64,000 nucleotides of DNA from Bryobacterales bacterium. GTDB lineage: Bacteria > Acidobacteriota > Terriglobia > Bryobacterales > UBA6623. Below the pieces are notes generated by a model. The model ran no database searches and was not told where the DNA came from. It saw only the letters and a program-made list of their open reading frames with translations. Within the stretch, counting starts at the first letter, position 1; each line of letters opens with the position of its first letter. The stretch is from positions 448,001 through 512,000 of the forward strand of contig OY729428.2 in NCBI GenBank assembly GCA_963422375.2, written 5' to 3'. The translations under genes and the position numbers were made by a program. This document shows, in pieces, positions 24,759-33,068 of this stretch.

Positions 24759-24774
24759 CCCCCCCCCCCCCCCC
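24759..24774 (+). repeat. C16 homopolymer tract
   Basis: 16 consecutive C in an intergenic region. Confidence 0.9.
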
Positions 24775-25286
24775 ATGTCGCGACGGCTTCGGGAGACTTC
24801 TGGCGGGTCATCGGGTGCGCTTGGCCGGCCATCGTGCGCGCCCGCGCGCCGGCCTATCGAATCGGCCGGGCACCGGACTGCCCTTTTCCGGCACGGGCAC
24901 CGCTTCGCCAAGCACCTCCGGCATCAACCGCGCTGCACCGAGTCCGACGAGGGCAGGTTGCAATTCCGGCACGCCGTTCGGTGACGCCCGGCCACTCGAC
25001 ACTGCGCCCTCCTGGCGCCTCAGCTCGTGGCGTGCGACGCCGAGGCGTAGCAGCAAACCCGGATTCCATCGCTGCCGGGCGAACGTGATCCCGTAGGCCC
25101 GATGCGCTGCGGCGAGGCTGCCCGCCCTGTTTCTTCGCTTGCGAAAGCGCGTGTGCCCAGCAATCAAGCCGCGAGCATGAACCAATTGCCCCTCCGAGCG
25201 CGGTCCCCCGCGCTGCCCGGCAGAGGGATCGATGGCGCGTGAGTTCCCGCAAGAGGGAGGGCCGGAATCCATCGGATCCGGGCCCT

Positions 25287-25295
25287 TGCTAGAAT
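25287..25295 (+). promoter_or_regulatory. Putative extended -10 element (TGcTAGAAT)
   Basis: About 40 bp upstream of the ATG at 25335. Confidence 0.4.
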
Positions 25296-25334
25296 GCCAC
25301 GGTGTCTTCGCGGGGAGCCCGACCGGACTAGCAC

Positions 25335-26708
25335 ATGTCGACTACTCGGCGGACATTCGTAACGAACGCGGCCCTCAGCGCCGGCATGGCAGGCGCGTCT
25401 GCACGGCCATCTGCCGGCCAAGCCGGCGCGAGCGACACCATCACGGTGGGTGTCGTCGGGATTCGAGGCCGCGGCAGATCCCACTACCGGGAGTTCGCGT
25501 CCATGCCCGGCGTGCACGTCGGCTACCTCTGCGACGTGGACGAGAGGCTATTCGACGAATCCGTCGCCGAGGTCGAGCGCATCGCGGGCTACCGGCCGCA
25601 AACCGAGACCGACATCCGTCGGCTCCTGGAGCACGGGGACTTGGACGCGATCTCCGTCGCGACGCCAGACCACTGGCACGCACTGATGACCATCTGGGCC
25701 TGCCAGGCCGGCAAGGACGTCTACTGCGAGAAGCCCTGCTCGTACACGCTGCGGGAGGGGCGGAAGATGGTCGAGGCCGCCCGCAAGTATGGCCGCATGG
25801 TGCAGATCGGGCTGCAGCGCCGCAGCAGCACCCGCGTGCGATCAGTCACGAAGTTCGTGCGGGACGCGGCGTTCGGGCGGGCCTACCGGGCCAAGGCCGT
25901 CATCTACCGCGGTCGGGTCAGCATCGGCAAGGTGCAGGAATCCTCCGTCCCCGAGGGTGTGAACTGGGACCTGTACCTCGGGCCGGCTCCCTACCGCGCG
26001 TTCGACATCAACCGATTCCACTACGGCTGGCACTTCTTCTGGGATACATCCACCTCTGAGGTGGGCAACAACGGCGTCCACCACCTCGACGTCCTGCGCT
26101 GGGGGCTGGACAAGCAGGTCCATCCGGTCAGGGTTCATTGCACGGGCGGACAGTTTGTCGAGGACTCCGATTCCGAAGTGCCCAACGTCCAGGTTGGCAC
26201 CTTCGAGTACGCCGACGGCACGCTCGTCGAAATCGAGGCCACCACCCTATACAGCCCGCCGTTCGGAGGCGTCCGAGTCGGAGGGTTCTTCTTCACCGAG
26301 CGGGGCTACATCGGTTCGGGGGACGGCTGGAACGCCGTGGAGGGCGCGTTCACGCCGCGCGACCGCCCGGACTCCCCGTCCGGCGTCTCCTACCGGACGA
26401 ACAACCTGAGCTTTCCCGACATTGCCTACCGGCCGGGCCCCCGGATTCCCGACCTAGACAAGCCGGAAGTCAGCCACTTCCAGAACTTCGTCGACTGCGT
26501 TCGCTCGCGCAAGCGCGCAGACCTTAATTGCGAGGTCGAGCAGGGCCATCTTTCGACCTCCTTGTGCCACCTGGCGAACATCTCCTTTCGGGTCGGGCGC
26601 AAGCTCGAGTTCGACCCAGAAACCGAGACGTTCCCGCGGGACGAGGAGGCCAGCCGCCTGCTCACGCGGGAGTATCGCGAGCCCTACGTCCTGCCCGACG
26701 AGGTCTGA
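25335..26708 (+). CDS. Gfo/Idh/MocA-family oxidoreductase, Tat-exported
   Basis: TRRTF Tat motif, VGVVGIRGRG, ATPDHWHA, DVYCEKP. Confidence 0.92.
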   Translation: MSTTRRTFVTNAALSAGMAGASARPSAGQAGASDTITVGVVGIRGRGRSHYREFASMPGVHVGYLCDVDERLFDESVAEVERIAGYRPQTETDIRRLLEHGDLDAISVATPDHWHALMTIWACQAGKDVYCEKPCSYTLREGRKMVEAARKYGRMVQIGLQRRSSTRVRSVTKFVRDAAFGRAYRAKAVIYRGRVSIGKVQESSVPEGVNWDLYLGPAPYRAFDINRFHYGWHFFWDTSTSEVGNNGVHHLDVLRWGLDKQVHPVRVHCTGGQFVEDSDSEVPNVQVGTFEYADGTLVEIEATTLYSPPFGGVRVGGFFFTERGYIGSGDGWNAVEGAFTPRDRPDSPSGVSYRTNNLSFPDIAYRPGPRIPDLDKPEVSHFQNFVDCVRSRKRADLNCEVEQGHLSTSLCHLANISFRVGRKLEFDPETETFPRDEEASRLLTREYREPYVLPDEV

Positions 26709-26740
26709 CCGCCCGTGCCCGGCGGCGGCGGCGCCCCCGG

Positions 26741-29518
26741 CTACTCGACCCAGATGGGCGAGCTCCAAGCGACCTGCCCGTCGTTCTGGACCACGCGCAC
26801 GTAGTAGTAGTTCGACCCGGACTTGAAGTTCCGGTCGATGTACTCGGTCCGGTAGTCTTCCTCGTTCGGGTGGCTCGTGTAGATGATTTGCTCGTTCTTG
26901 ACGATCACGAACTGCTTGATCCGATCCGTGCCCAAGGCGCGCACATGCAGCTTGGGTGCGCGATCCGAATTCAGGATGTCACCCATGATGTGTCGCCCGC
27001 CGCTCGCGTCCTCGGCTTGGAAGTCGAGCACGATGTTGTCGGTCGCGCCGTAGGCGTGGCGGGCCTTCAGCGCGGCGAACATGGAGTCCCGCGTGAAGTC
27101 CTCGGCTAGGATCATGGCGTACGACATGTGGGTCGACCAGTGGTCAGAGGACGCCTGGACGCCCATCTTGAAGCCCTTCTTCAGGGCCTCCCACCAGTAG
27201 CCCCCGGGATTGAAGCCGGAGCGCTGCTCGCGAAGCTTCTGGGGCGAAGCCGCCAGGGGCGCGCCCATGTACTCGTAGCTGGCCCGGTAGCCTTGGAAGA
27301 TCTCCATCAGGGGCTCGACCTCCGGATCGTAGTTGAACCAGTCGGTGCCCTGGGCCGTACCGGAGCTGTGCGGCATCGAAATGCCGTCGTTCTCGTGCAA
27401 GTATTCGAAGAGCTTCTCGGCGCGTTGCTCGCCACGCACCTCCTCGCGCGGAATCGGCAGCGGGCGCGTGCCGCGCCGGGCGAAGATGACGTTGCGGTGC
27501 CCGTTGGGGTAGGTGACGGAGCGCTCGTAGCCGAACATCGGGACGAAGCTCCCCGGCACGTGGAACAGGTCGGTCAGCTTCTCGTCCTGCCACCACGTGA
27601 ACTCCTGGTCGTAGCCCAACTGGTGGTCCGTCGGGACGATGTAGTCGAACGCGGCGGCGTCCAGCGCGTAGCGGTACACCTCGATCAGCGACCCGTCGTA
27701 CTTGAAGTCCTGCGAGACGTCGGTATGGCGATGCATGTCGCCGCGGTAGATCCTGAAGCGCCTGTCGCCGGCCTGGACGGAGTAGCCGCGAATCGTCTCG
27801 ACGTTGCGCGCCTCAAACGGGTGGACCGGAACGGCCTCTGCGAACGGCTCGACGTACTCGGCGAAGTTCCCGTCGGAATAGTCGGGCGGCCCTGCCGCGG
27901 ATCCGAGGTCGGCCGCGTAGATCTCGGCGTTCCGGGGAACGGCGTCCGCGAACGGCCTGTTGTCGGTCATCCAGGCCGCGACCAGCGACCCTCCAACCTG
28001 CGCGACCGCCGGGCGCTTCTCAATCGAGCCCTGGCTGTGGGTCAGCGGAACGGGACGCGACCACTCCCTGCCGTCGAAGCGCGTCACGAACGTCTCCCAG
28101 GTCATGCGCGAGCCGATGGCGTGCGCCCGCTGCCGCGTCCAGTGGCGGAACAGCAGCGTCAGCGTCCCGTCGCTGCCGAACGCAAGCTGCGGGTTCTCGA
28201 AGTTGGGATGCAGCCGGTAGGTATAGAACGGCTCGAGCTTGGCCTTTGGCTCGAGCCAGCGCCCGCCCGAGCGCCTGACGACCTGGATCGATCGCTCCTG
28301 ATGCAGGGGAGCGCCCAGGGGAGGCGTGATCAGGTAGCCCTGGTCCTTGCCCCAGTTCGTACCCGACTCGTCCCAAGCGAGCCACGGAGTCCCGTCGGGC
28401 GAGACGGCGACATTCGCGTGCGCCTGGAAGCGCTGGCTGCTCGTGACCTGCTCGATCAAGCCGAGCCTTCCGCCCGCCAAGGAACGGTAGACGATGTCGT
28501 AGTTGCCGGCATCGTAGCTGTCCCAAGCGACATGGAACCGCCCGTCCGGCCCGCCGGCGATCTGCGGCTCCCAGTCGTTGGCCGGGGACTCGCTGACGCG
28601 CATCGGGGAGCCCCAATCCGTTCCGTCCCATACGCGCATCCAGATGTCCGTCTGCGCCTCGCCGACAGATCCCTGCGCGCTCTGCCAAGCGACCGCAACC
28701 TTCCCGTCGCCGCTCGAGGCAGCGCGATGGAAGGTATTCGACCCGCCGGCGCTGATCTTCCGCGGGTCCGCCCACGTCTCGCCGCTGCGCATCCGTCCCC
28801 AGAGGTCCCATCGGGTTCCGTCGCGCTGGCTCCAGAAGACCCAGAGGCGCCCCTGACCGTCGGCGGCGGCCGAAGCACGCCAGACATCCGCGGGGGCGGC
28901 GGTCACTTCCTGCGCGTCCTCCCACGAGCCCTCACGGCGCAGCCGAACGAAGACACGGTCGCCGCGATCCCTGTACGCTACCCATGCGACGGCGGCCACG
29001 CCGTCCTGCACCTCTGAGACCGCGGGCTCGTCGTCCTCGTATTCCTCGGTCGACAGCCGCTCGACCGTCGGCGTCACCGCGGCTAGCAGGCGCCCGTCGA
29101 GGAATTCCCTCGGACCTCCCGCCAAATCCCGGAGCGTGAAGGTCGCCATGCCCTGCCTAGTCCGCACCCGCAGGCTCGCCGACTCCCCACCGGAAATCAC
29201 CGCGTACAGGCCGACCGGCGAATACTGCGTGGGCGGCAGCTCGTGCGGGCTCATCTCGTTGTAATTGACCCTCGGGAAGCCGCCGATATGCTCGCGCCGG
29301 GTGGACGCCTTCCAGGCGCTGGTGCCGTTCAGGGAATCGGACTCCATGAAATGGCGCGATTCCAGGCTGGCGAGAGCCCCCCCGGACACGCGCAGCGACC
29401 CGTCCCATGGCTCGACGGACTTGGCGTTCTCTCCCAAGCCGAGGTAGACCGTGGTGGAGGCAGTCTGGGCGGCGAGCGCCCCCGAGCACAGCGCAAGCAG
29501 GATTAAGGTGCGTGGCAT
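26741..29518 (-). CDS. Secreted beta-propeller plus PHP-like (DUF3604-like) metallohydrolase
   Basis: Signal peptide; W-rich propeller repeats; YRGDMHRHT, PTDH, GHRNV, PHSS and SSDH metal-site motifs. Confidence 0.75.
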   Translation of the reverse strand: MPRTLILLALCSGALAAQTASTTVYLGLGENAKSVEPWDGSLRVSGGALASLESRHFMESDSLNGTSAWKASTRREHIGGFPRVNYNEMSPHELPPTQYSPVGLYAVISGGESASLRVRTRQGMATFTLRDLAGGPREFLDGRLLAAVTPTVERLSTEEYEDDEPAVSEVQDGVAAVAWVAYRDRGDRVFVRLRREGSWEDAQEVTAAPADVWRASAAADGQGRLWVFWSQRDGTRWDLWGRMRSGETWADPRKISAGGSNTFHRAASSGDGKVAVAWQSAQGSVGEAQTDIWMRVWDGTDWGSPMRVSESPANDWEPQIAGGPDGRFHVAWDSYDAGNYDIVYRSLAGGRLGLIEQVTSSQRFQAHANVAVSPDGTPWLAWDESGTNWGKDQGYLITPPLGAPLHQERSIQVVRRSGGRWLEPKAKLEPFYTYRLHPNFENPQLAFGSDGTLTLLFRHWTRQRAHAIGSRMTWETFVTRFDGREWSRPVPLTHSQGSIEKRPAVAQVGGSLVAAWMTDNRPFADAVPRNAEIYAADLGSAAGPPDYSDGNFAEYVEPFAEAVPVHPFEARNVETIRGYSVQAGDRRFRIYRGDMHRHTDVSQDFKYDGSLIEVYRYALDAAAFDYIVPTDHQLGYDQEFTWWQDEKLTDLFHVPGSFVPMFGYERSVTYPNGHRNVIFARRGTRPLPIPREEVRGEQRAEKLFEYLHENDGISMPHSSGTAQGTDWFNYDPEVEPLMEIFQGYRASYEYMGAPLAASPQKLREQRSGFNPGGYWWEALKKGFKMGVQASSDHWSTHMSYAMILAEDFTRDSMFAALKARHAYGATDNIVLDFQAEDASGGRHIMGDILNSDRAPKLHVRALGTDRIKQFVIVKNEQIIYTSHPNEEDYRTEYIDRNFKSGSNYYYVRVVQNDGQVAWSSPIWVE

Positions 29519-29538
29519 CGTGCGCAGATTATACTGAC

Positions 29539-29575
29539 TGAACGCATCAAAGTCGTTTCCGACTCAGACGATTTC
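29539..29575 (-). mobile_element. Probable IS200/IS605 right end / omega-RNA 3' hairpin
   Basis: Minus strand GAAAT-CGTC-TG-AGTCG-GAAA-CGACT-TT-GATG-CG-TTCA: a hairpin followed by TTCA at the 3' end of the tnpB relic. Confidence 0.55.
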
Positions 29576-30134
29576 CGGCCGCACTGCAGCCATTGGCGCG
29601 GTTGGAAGCTACCGCAGGCGAATCCAGGGCCCGCAAGACGCTGATAGCGTCATTGATGTCCGCATCGCCGGAGTAGCCGCGGCGCTTGCACGCGTATCGC
29701 TTGCCTTGGCGATGGCTCGCGTCCACCTCGTCGCAGCGATGGCACCGCTGCGACGAATGCGCGGGATTGACTTGCTCACGCCTGCGACCGGCCCACCGTG
29801 ACTTGTATGCAAGCTACCGTAGCAGCAATCACTTGGGATTGAGGCTGGGAAGCTCTCAATCCGGCTGGATCGTGATAAGCAGGACGAATCGACCGTTACC
29901 ACGCTTCCGGAGCCGAGGCGACTTGAAATACTCGATGGGGCCGAACGAGCTGGCAGGCTTGAAGCGGGAGCACCCCGGACACTCGCCTGCCTTGCAGCGA
30001 CGGAAGAATGCATTGAACGGCTTGTCGACGCGAGTGAGCGTGCCCAGCGCCAGCCGCTAGCAATACACACTTCCCAGCATTGTCGGCTCGGACTTGCGGC
30101 GTTCGGAATGCTGGTTGCACTGGTCGAAGTACGT
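29547..30134 (-). pseudogene. tnpB: TnpB (IS200/IS605 RNA-guided nuclease) relic with internal deletion
   Basis: One frame with 4 internal stops: TYFDQC...LTRVDKPFNAFFRRCKAGECPGCSRFK ... LAYKSRWAG...VNPAHSSQRCHRC...YACKRRGYSGDADINDAISVL (N-terminal helical region joined to the Zn-finger/RuvC-III end). Confidence 0.85.
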
Positions 30135-30422
30135 CCCTCCGAGAATGCACTCCGCGTCGCATACCGGAGATCCGGGTACAAACTTCCCCTTCCCAAGCCA
30201 GAGCACCGGACGGCTGCGACTTAGCTCGCGAAATCGACAATGCCGGCGAGTTCCGGACAGGCCGACGCGGGCGGCCGACAGCAACAGATTAGGGCCCTAG
30301 AGCCGCGCTCGATCCGCGGGACACCGCCACCCACAGTGAGCGCAGGCTCCGTCGCCCCGTGCTTCAGGGCCCATTCCTATTGCGCGGGGTGGGGCGCCCG
30401 GGGCGCCCGCAGGGGCGTTGCT
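30128..30422 (-). repeat. Dispersed non-coding repeat X, copy 2
   Basis: Reverse complement aligns to ~18111-18405. Confidence 0.85.
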
Positions 30423-30555
30423 GGGAATTGGCGGGTCGGGCAGCCCAATCATTGCCGTCGGCAAGCAGGTCTACATCTGGTCCACGGTGGGCGGCAGGAA
30501 GGCCCGGGCCCTTCCGCTCAGAACTGGGGGCAGCGGAACGGTACCCGGCCTCCGG

Positions 30556-31136
30556 CTACAGGTCGTCCAGCGGCAACGCGGTCACGCCCTCGGCGAGAGG
30601 CCCACGCGATTCCCCCTGGTGGACCAAGTATCCCGGTGCGGCCAAGTCGCGGCACCGCCGGATCCACTCCCGGCGCGGGAGCCAACCTCCCACGGCAGCC
30701 GGGCATGCGGTCGGCCCTCGATCTCCCTGTGCGCGAGCGGAAGGAGTCGCAGCACCGCTACTCTCGCGGCCAGCGACTCGGTCACCTTCTCCGACAGCAG
30801 CAGATTCTGCGAGCCCGTCAGCACAAAGCGGCCGCGCCTAGACCGGTCCTCGTCGATGGCCAGCTTGAGATATGTCAGCAGCGAAGGAGCGTACTGAGCT
30901 TCGTCCAAGATCACGGGATCGGGATGACTCCCGAGAAACCCGAGCGGGTTGCTAACCGCAAAGTCCCGCTCGACCGGGTCGTCTAGGGACACGTAGCGGA
31001 AGCGGCCACCGAACAGGCGCTTGAGCGTGGTGGTCTTCCCGGCCTGGCGGGGCCCCGTCAGCATTACTGCCGGGAAGGCGTTCACGGCACGTTCCAGTAC
31101 CGGCTCCAACGCCCGCGCAATGTATCGGTCACCCAC
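30556..31136 (-). pseudogene. AAA_14/DUF4143-type ATP-binding protein with internal deletion
   Basis: Walker A GPRQAGKTT, Walker B VILDEAQ, FVLTGS, ESLAAR. The C-terminal GYLVHQGESRGPLAEGVTALPLDDL* survives in another frame; the middle is missing. Confidence 0.8.
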
Positions 31137-31285
31137 GGCAGCGATGCGTCATCCAGTCAGCCTCTTCAGTATTGAACGCCGTACCCCCGCCATACGATGA
31201 GCCTCTACGCAACCCGGTCTGCCCCACGCGGGAACCGGCTGCGATCGAAACAGGTCCGAATGGCCAGTCGCGGCACGAGCCGAGG

Positions 31286-31508
31286 CTGAGCCGCAATGCA
31301 TCTTGCGGTCCGTGCGTGAGCCACAAACCAGCTTGCGGATCGCGAAACCTCGAATCTGAGCCGCAATGCATCTTGCGGTCCGTGCGTGAGCCACAAACCA
31401 GCTTGCGGATCGCGAAACCTCGAATCTGAGCCGCAATGCATCTTGCGGTCCGTGCGTGAGCCACAAACCAGCTTGCGGATCGCGAAACCTCGAATCTGAG
31501 CCGCAATG
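31286..31508. repeat. Perfect 70-bp tandem repeat (3.2 copies) of palindromic boxes
   Basis: CCGCAATG recurs at 31291, 31361, 31431 and 31501. Each unit has 30-bp and 40-bp subunits, both containing TGAGCCRCAA-N6-TTGCGG. Confidence 0.97.
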
Positions 31509-31629
31509 TATACTGTCCGTATCTCTTCGTCGGTCGGGCCGAGGCAACGATGCCTCGACCGGTCGCTCCGAATGGGAATCGCGAATCACCGGGCCCCTAC
31601 CGTCGCAGACGACCCAGCTCCCAGACGCC

Positions 31630-32748
31630 GTGTCAGCAGTTCACTACCACGAAGGCCGGTTCCCGCCTGACAAGCGCCTCGACTGGCCGGCGCTCGTTCC
31701 ATTGCTGGGTCCGACGGCGGCAGCGGTGGCCCGTTACGACGGAATGCTGGGTGCCATGCCCAACCCGGATGTCCTCCTGGCACCGCTGACCGCACGTGAA
31801 GCCGTGCTGTCGTCACGAATCGAAGGCACCCAAGCCAGCACGGCCGAGGTGCTGGAGTTCGCAGCCGGTCGTCCGGCCGACTCGCTGGCGAGAGCGAGCG
31901 AGTACCGCGAGGTTCTCAACTACCGCACCGCGATGTCCATCGCCATCGAGATGCTGGACAGGCTGCCGCTGTCGCTCCGGGTCGTCCGCGAGGCGCACAG
32001 GTCACTGCTCAAGGGCGTGCGCGGCGAAGGCAAGGCTCCTGGCGAGTTTCGGCGAACCCCCAACTGGATCGGCCCTCCGGGCTCCACAATGGAGACCGCC
32101 TCGTACGTGCCCATCAGCGCCGAACACCTCCCGGACGCCTTGGGCCGCTGGGAAGCCTACATGCATAGCGAGGCATCCGACTTGCTCGTGCAAGCGGCCA
32201 ACACGCATGTGGAGTTCGAGGCACTGCACCCCTTCCTCGACGGCAACGGGCGCGTCGGTCGCATGCTAATCCCGCTTTTTTTCTGGCAGAGAGATCTCAT
32301 CAGTCGTCCGACATTCCACATCAGCGCCTACTTCGAAGCGCATCGGTCCGAGTACTACGAGAGGCTGCTGGGGGTCTCTCGAGATGATGACTGGACAGGA
32401 TGGTGCAGGTTCTTTCTAAAGGCAATTCGGAATCAAGCCGAAGAAAATACCAGAATATCTCGTGACATTCTTCGCCTGTATGACGAGATGAAGATTCGCT
32501 TAGTGGAAGTGACTCGCTCCAAGTATTCAATTATTTTACAGGATTTCATCTTCCGAAATCCTGTATTTCGAAACGCAGGCCTAGCCGAGCAGGCCGGAAT
32601 TCCAGTGCCGACGGCAAAACGGATTCTGGCCGAGCTTCGGAACCAAGGAATCTTGACGGAAGTCCTAGCCGCACGGGGAAGGCAGTCGTCGATTTGCGCA
32701 TTCCTCCCACTCCTTGAAATCATTCGGGACAGGCACGACCGAAGCTAG
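31630..32748 (+). CDS. Fic-family protein (class II, C-terminal HTH)
   Basis: HPFLDGNGRVGR catalytic motif, SSRIEG inhibitory motif, C-terminal HTH. Start placed at GTG 31630 (VSAVHYHEGRFPP). Confidence 0.92.
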   Translation: MSAVHYHEGRFPPDKRLDWPALVPLLGPTAAAVARYDGMLGAMPNPDVLLAPLTAREAVLSSRIEGTQASTAEVLEFAAGRPADSLARASEYREVLNYRTAMSIAIEMLDRLPLSLRVVREAHRSLLKGVRGEGKAPGEFRRTPNWIGPPGSTMETASYVPISAEHLPDALGRWEAYMHSEASDLLVQAANTHVEFEALHPFLDGNGRVGRMLIPLFFWQRDLISRPTFHISAYFEAHRSEYYERLLGVSRDDDWTGWCRFFLKAIRNQAEENTRISRDILRLYDEMKIRLVEVTRSKYSIILQDFIFRNPVFRNAGLAEQAGIPVPTAKRILAELRNQGILTEVLAARGRQSSICAFLPLLEIIRDRHDRS

Positions 32749-33068
32749 ATCCGACCAGCAAGCCGGTCAAGCCGGAAGCGGTGCCCCTGCAACCCCGCCC
32801 CATCCTTGGACTCCCAGCGGCCGCGTCCCTCGACCTGTTCGGGGTGCTCGGGGGACAGTGTCGGCGCACTCATCGCAAGCGCCGGTGCTCCGGGAGATCG
32901 TGGACGGCGATTGCATTCCGGCCTCGCCGCTCCCTAGGCTGCTCTCGGCCACGCTCTCCCATCGTCGGCGACGGCGCGGCGATTCCCGCCTAGCGTTGGA
33001 GGGCTGAGCCGACGGCTGAGGGCTATACCAAGGAAACATCGGGCCTTCCTACCGGGCCCGTTCCGAAT

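Noticed and set aside
31286..31508. Possible CRISPR array (palindromic repeats at regular spacing)
   Set aside because: The intervening sequences are identical between units, so there are no unique spacers, and no cas genes are in the window.
31456..31629. N-terminal extension of Fic starting inside the tandem repeat
   Set aside because: Low-complexity translation of repeat and promoter DNA; family-like sequence starts at ~31630.
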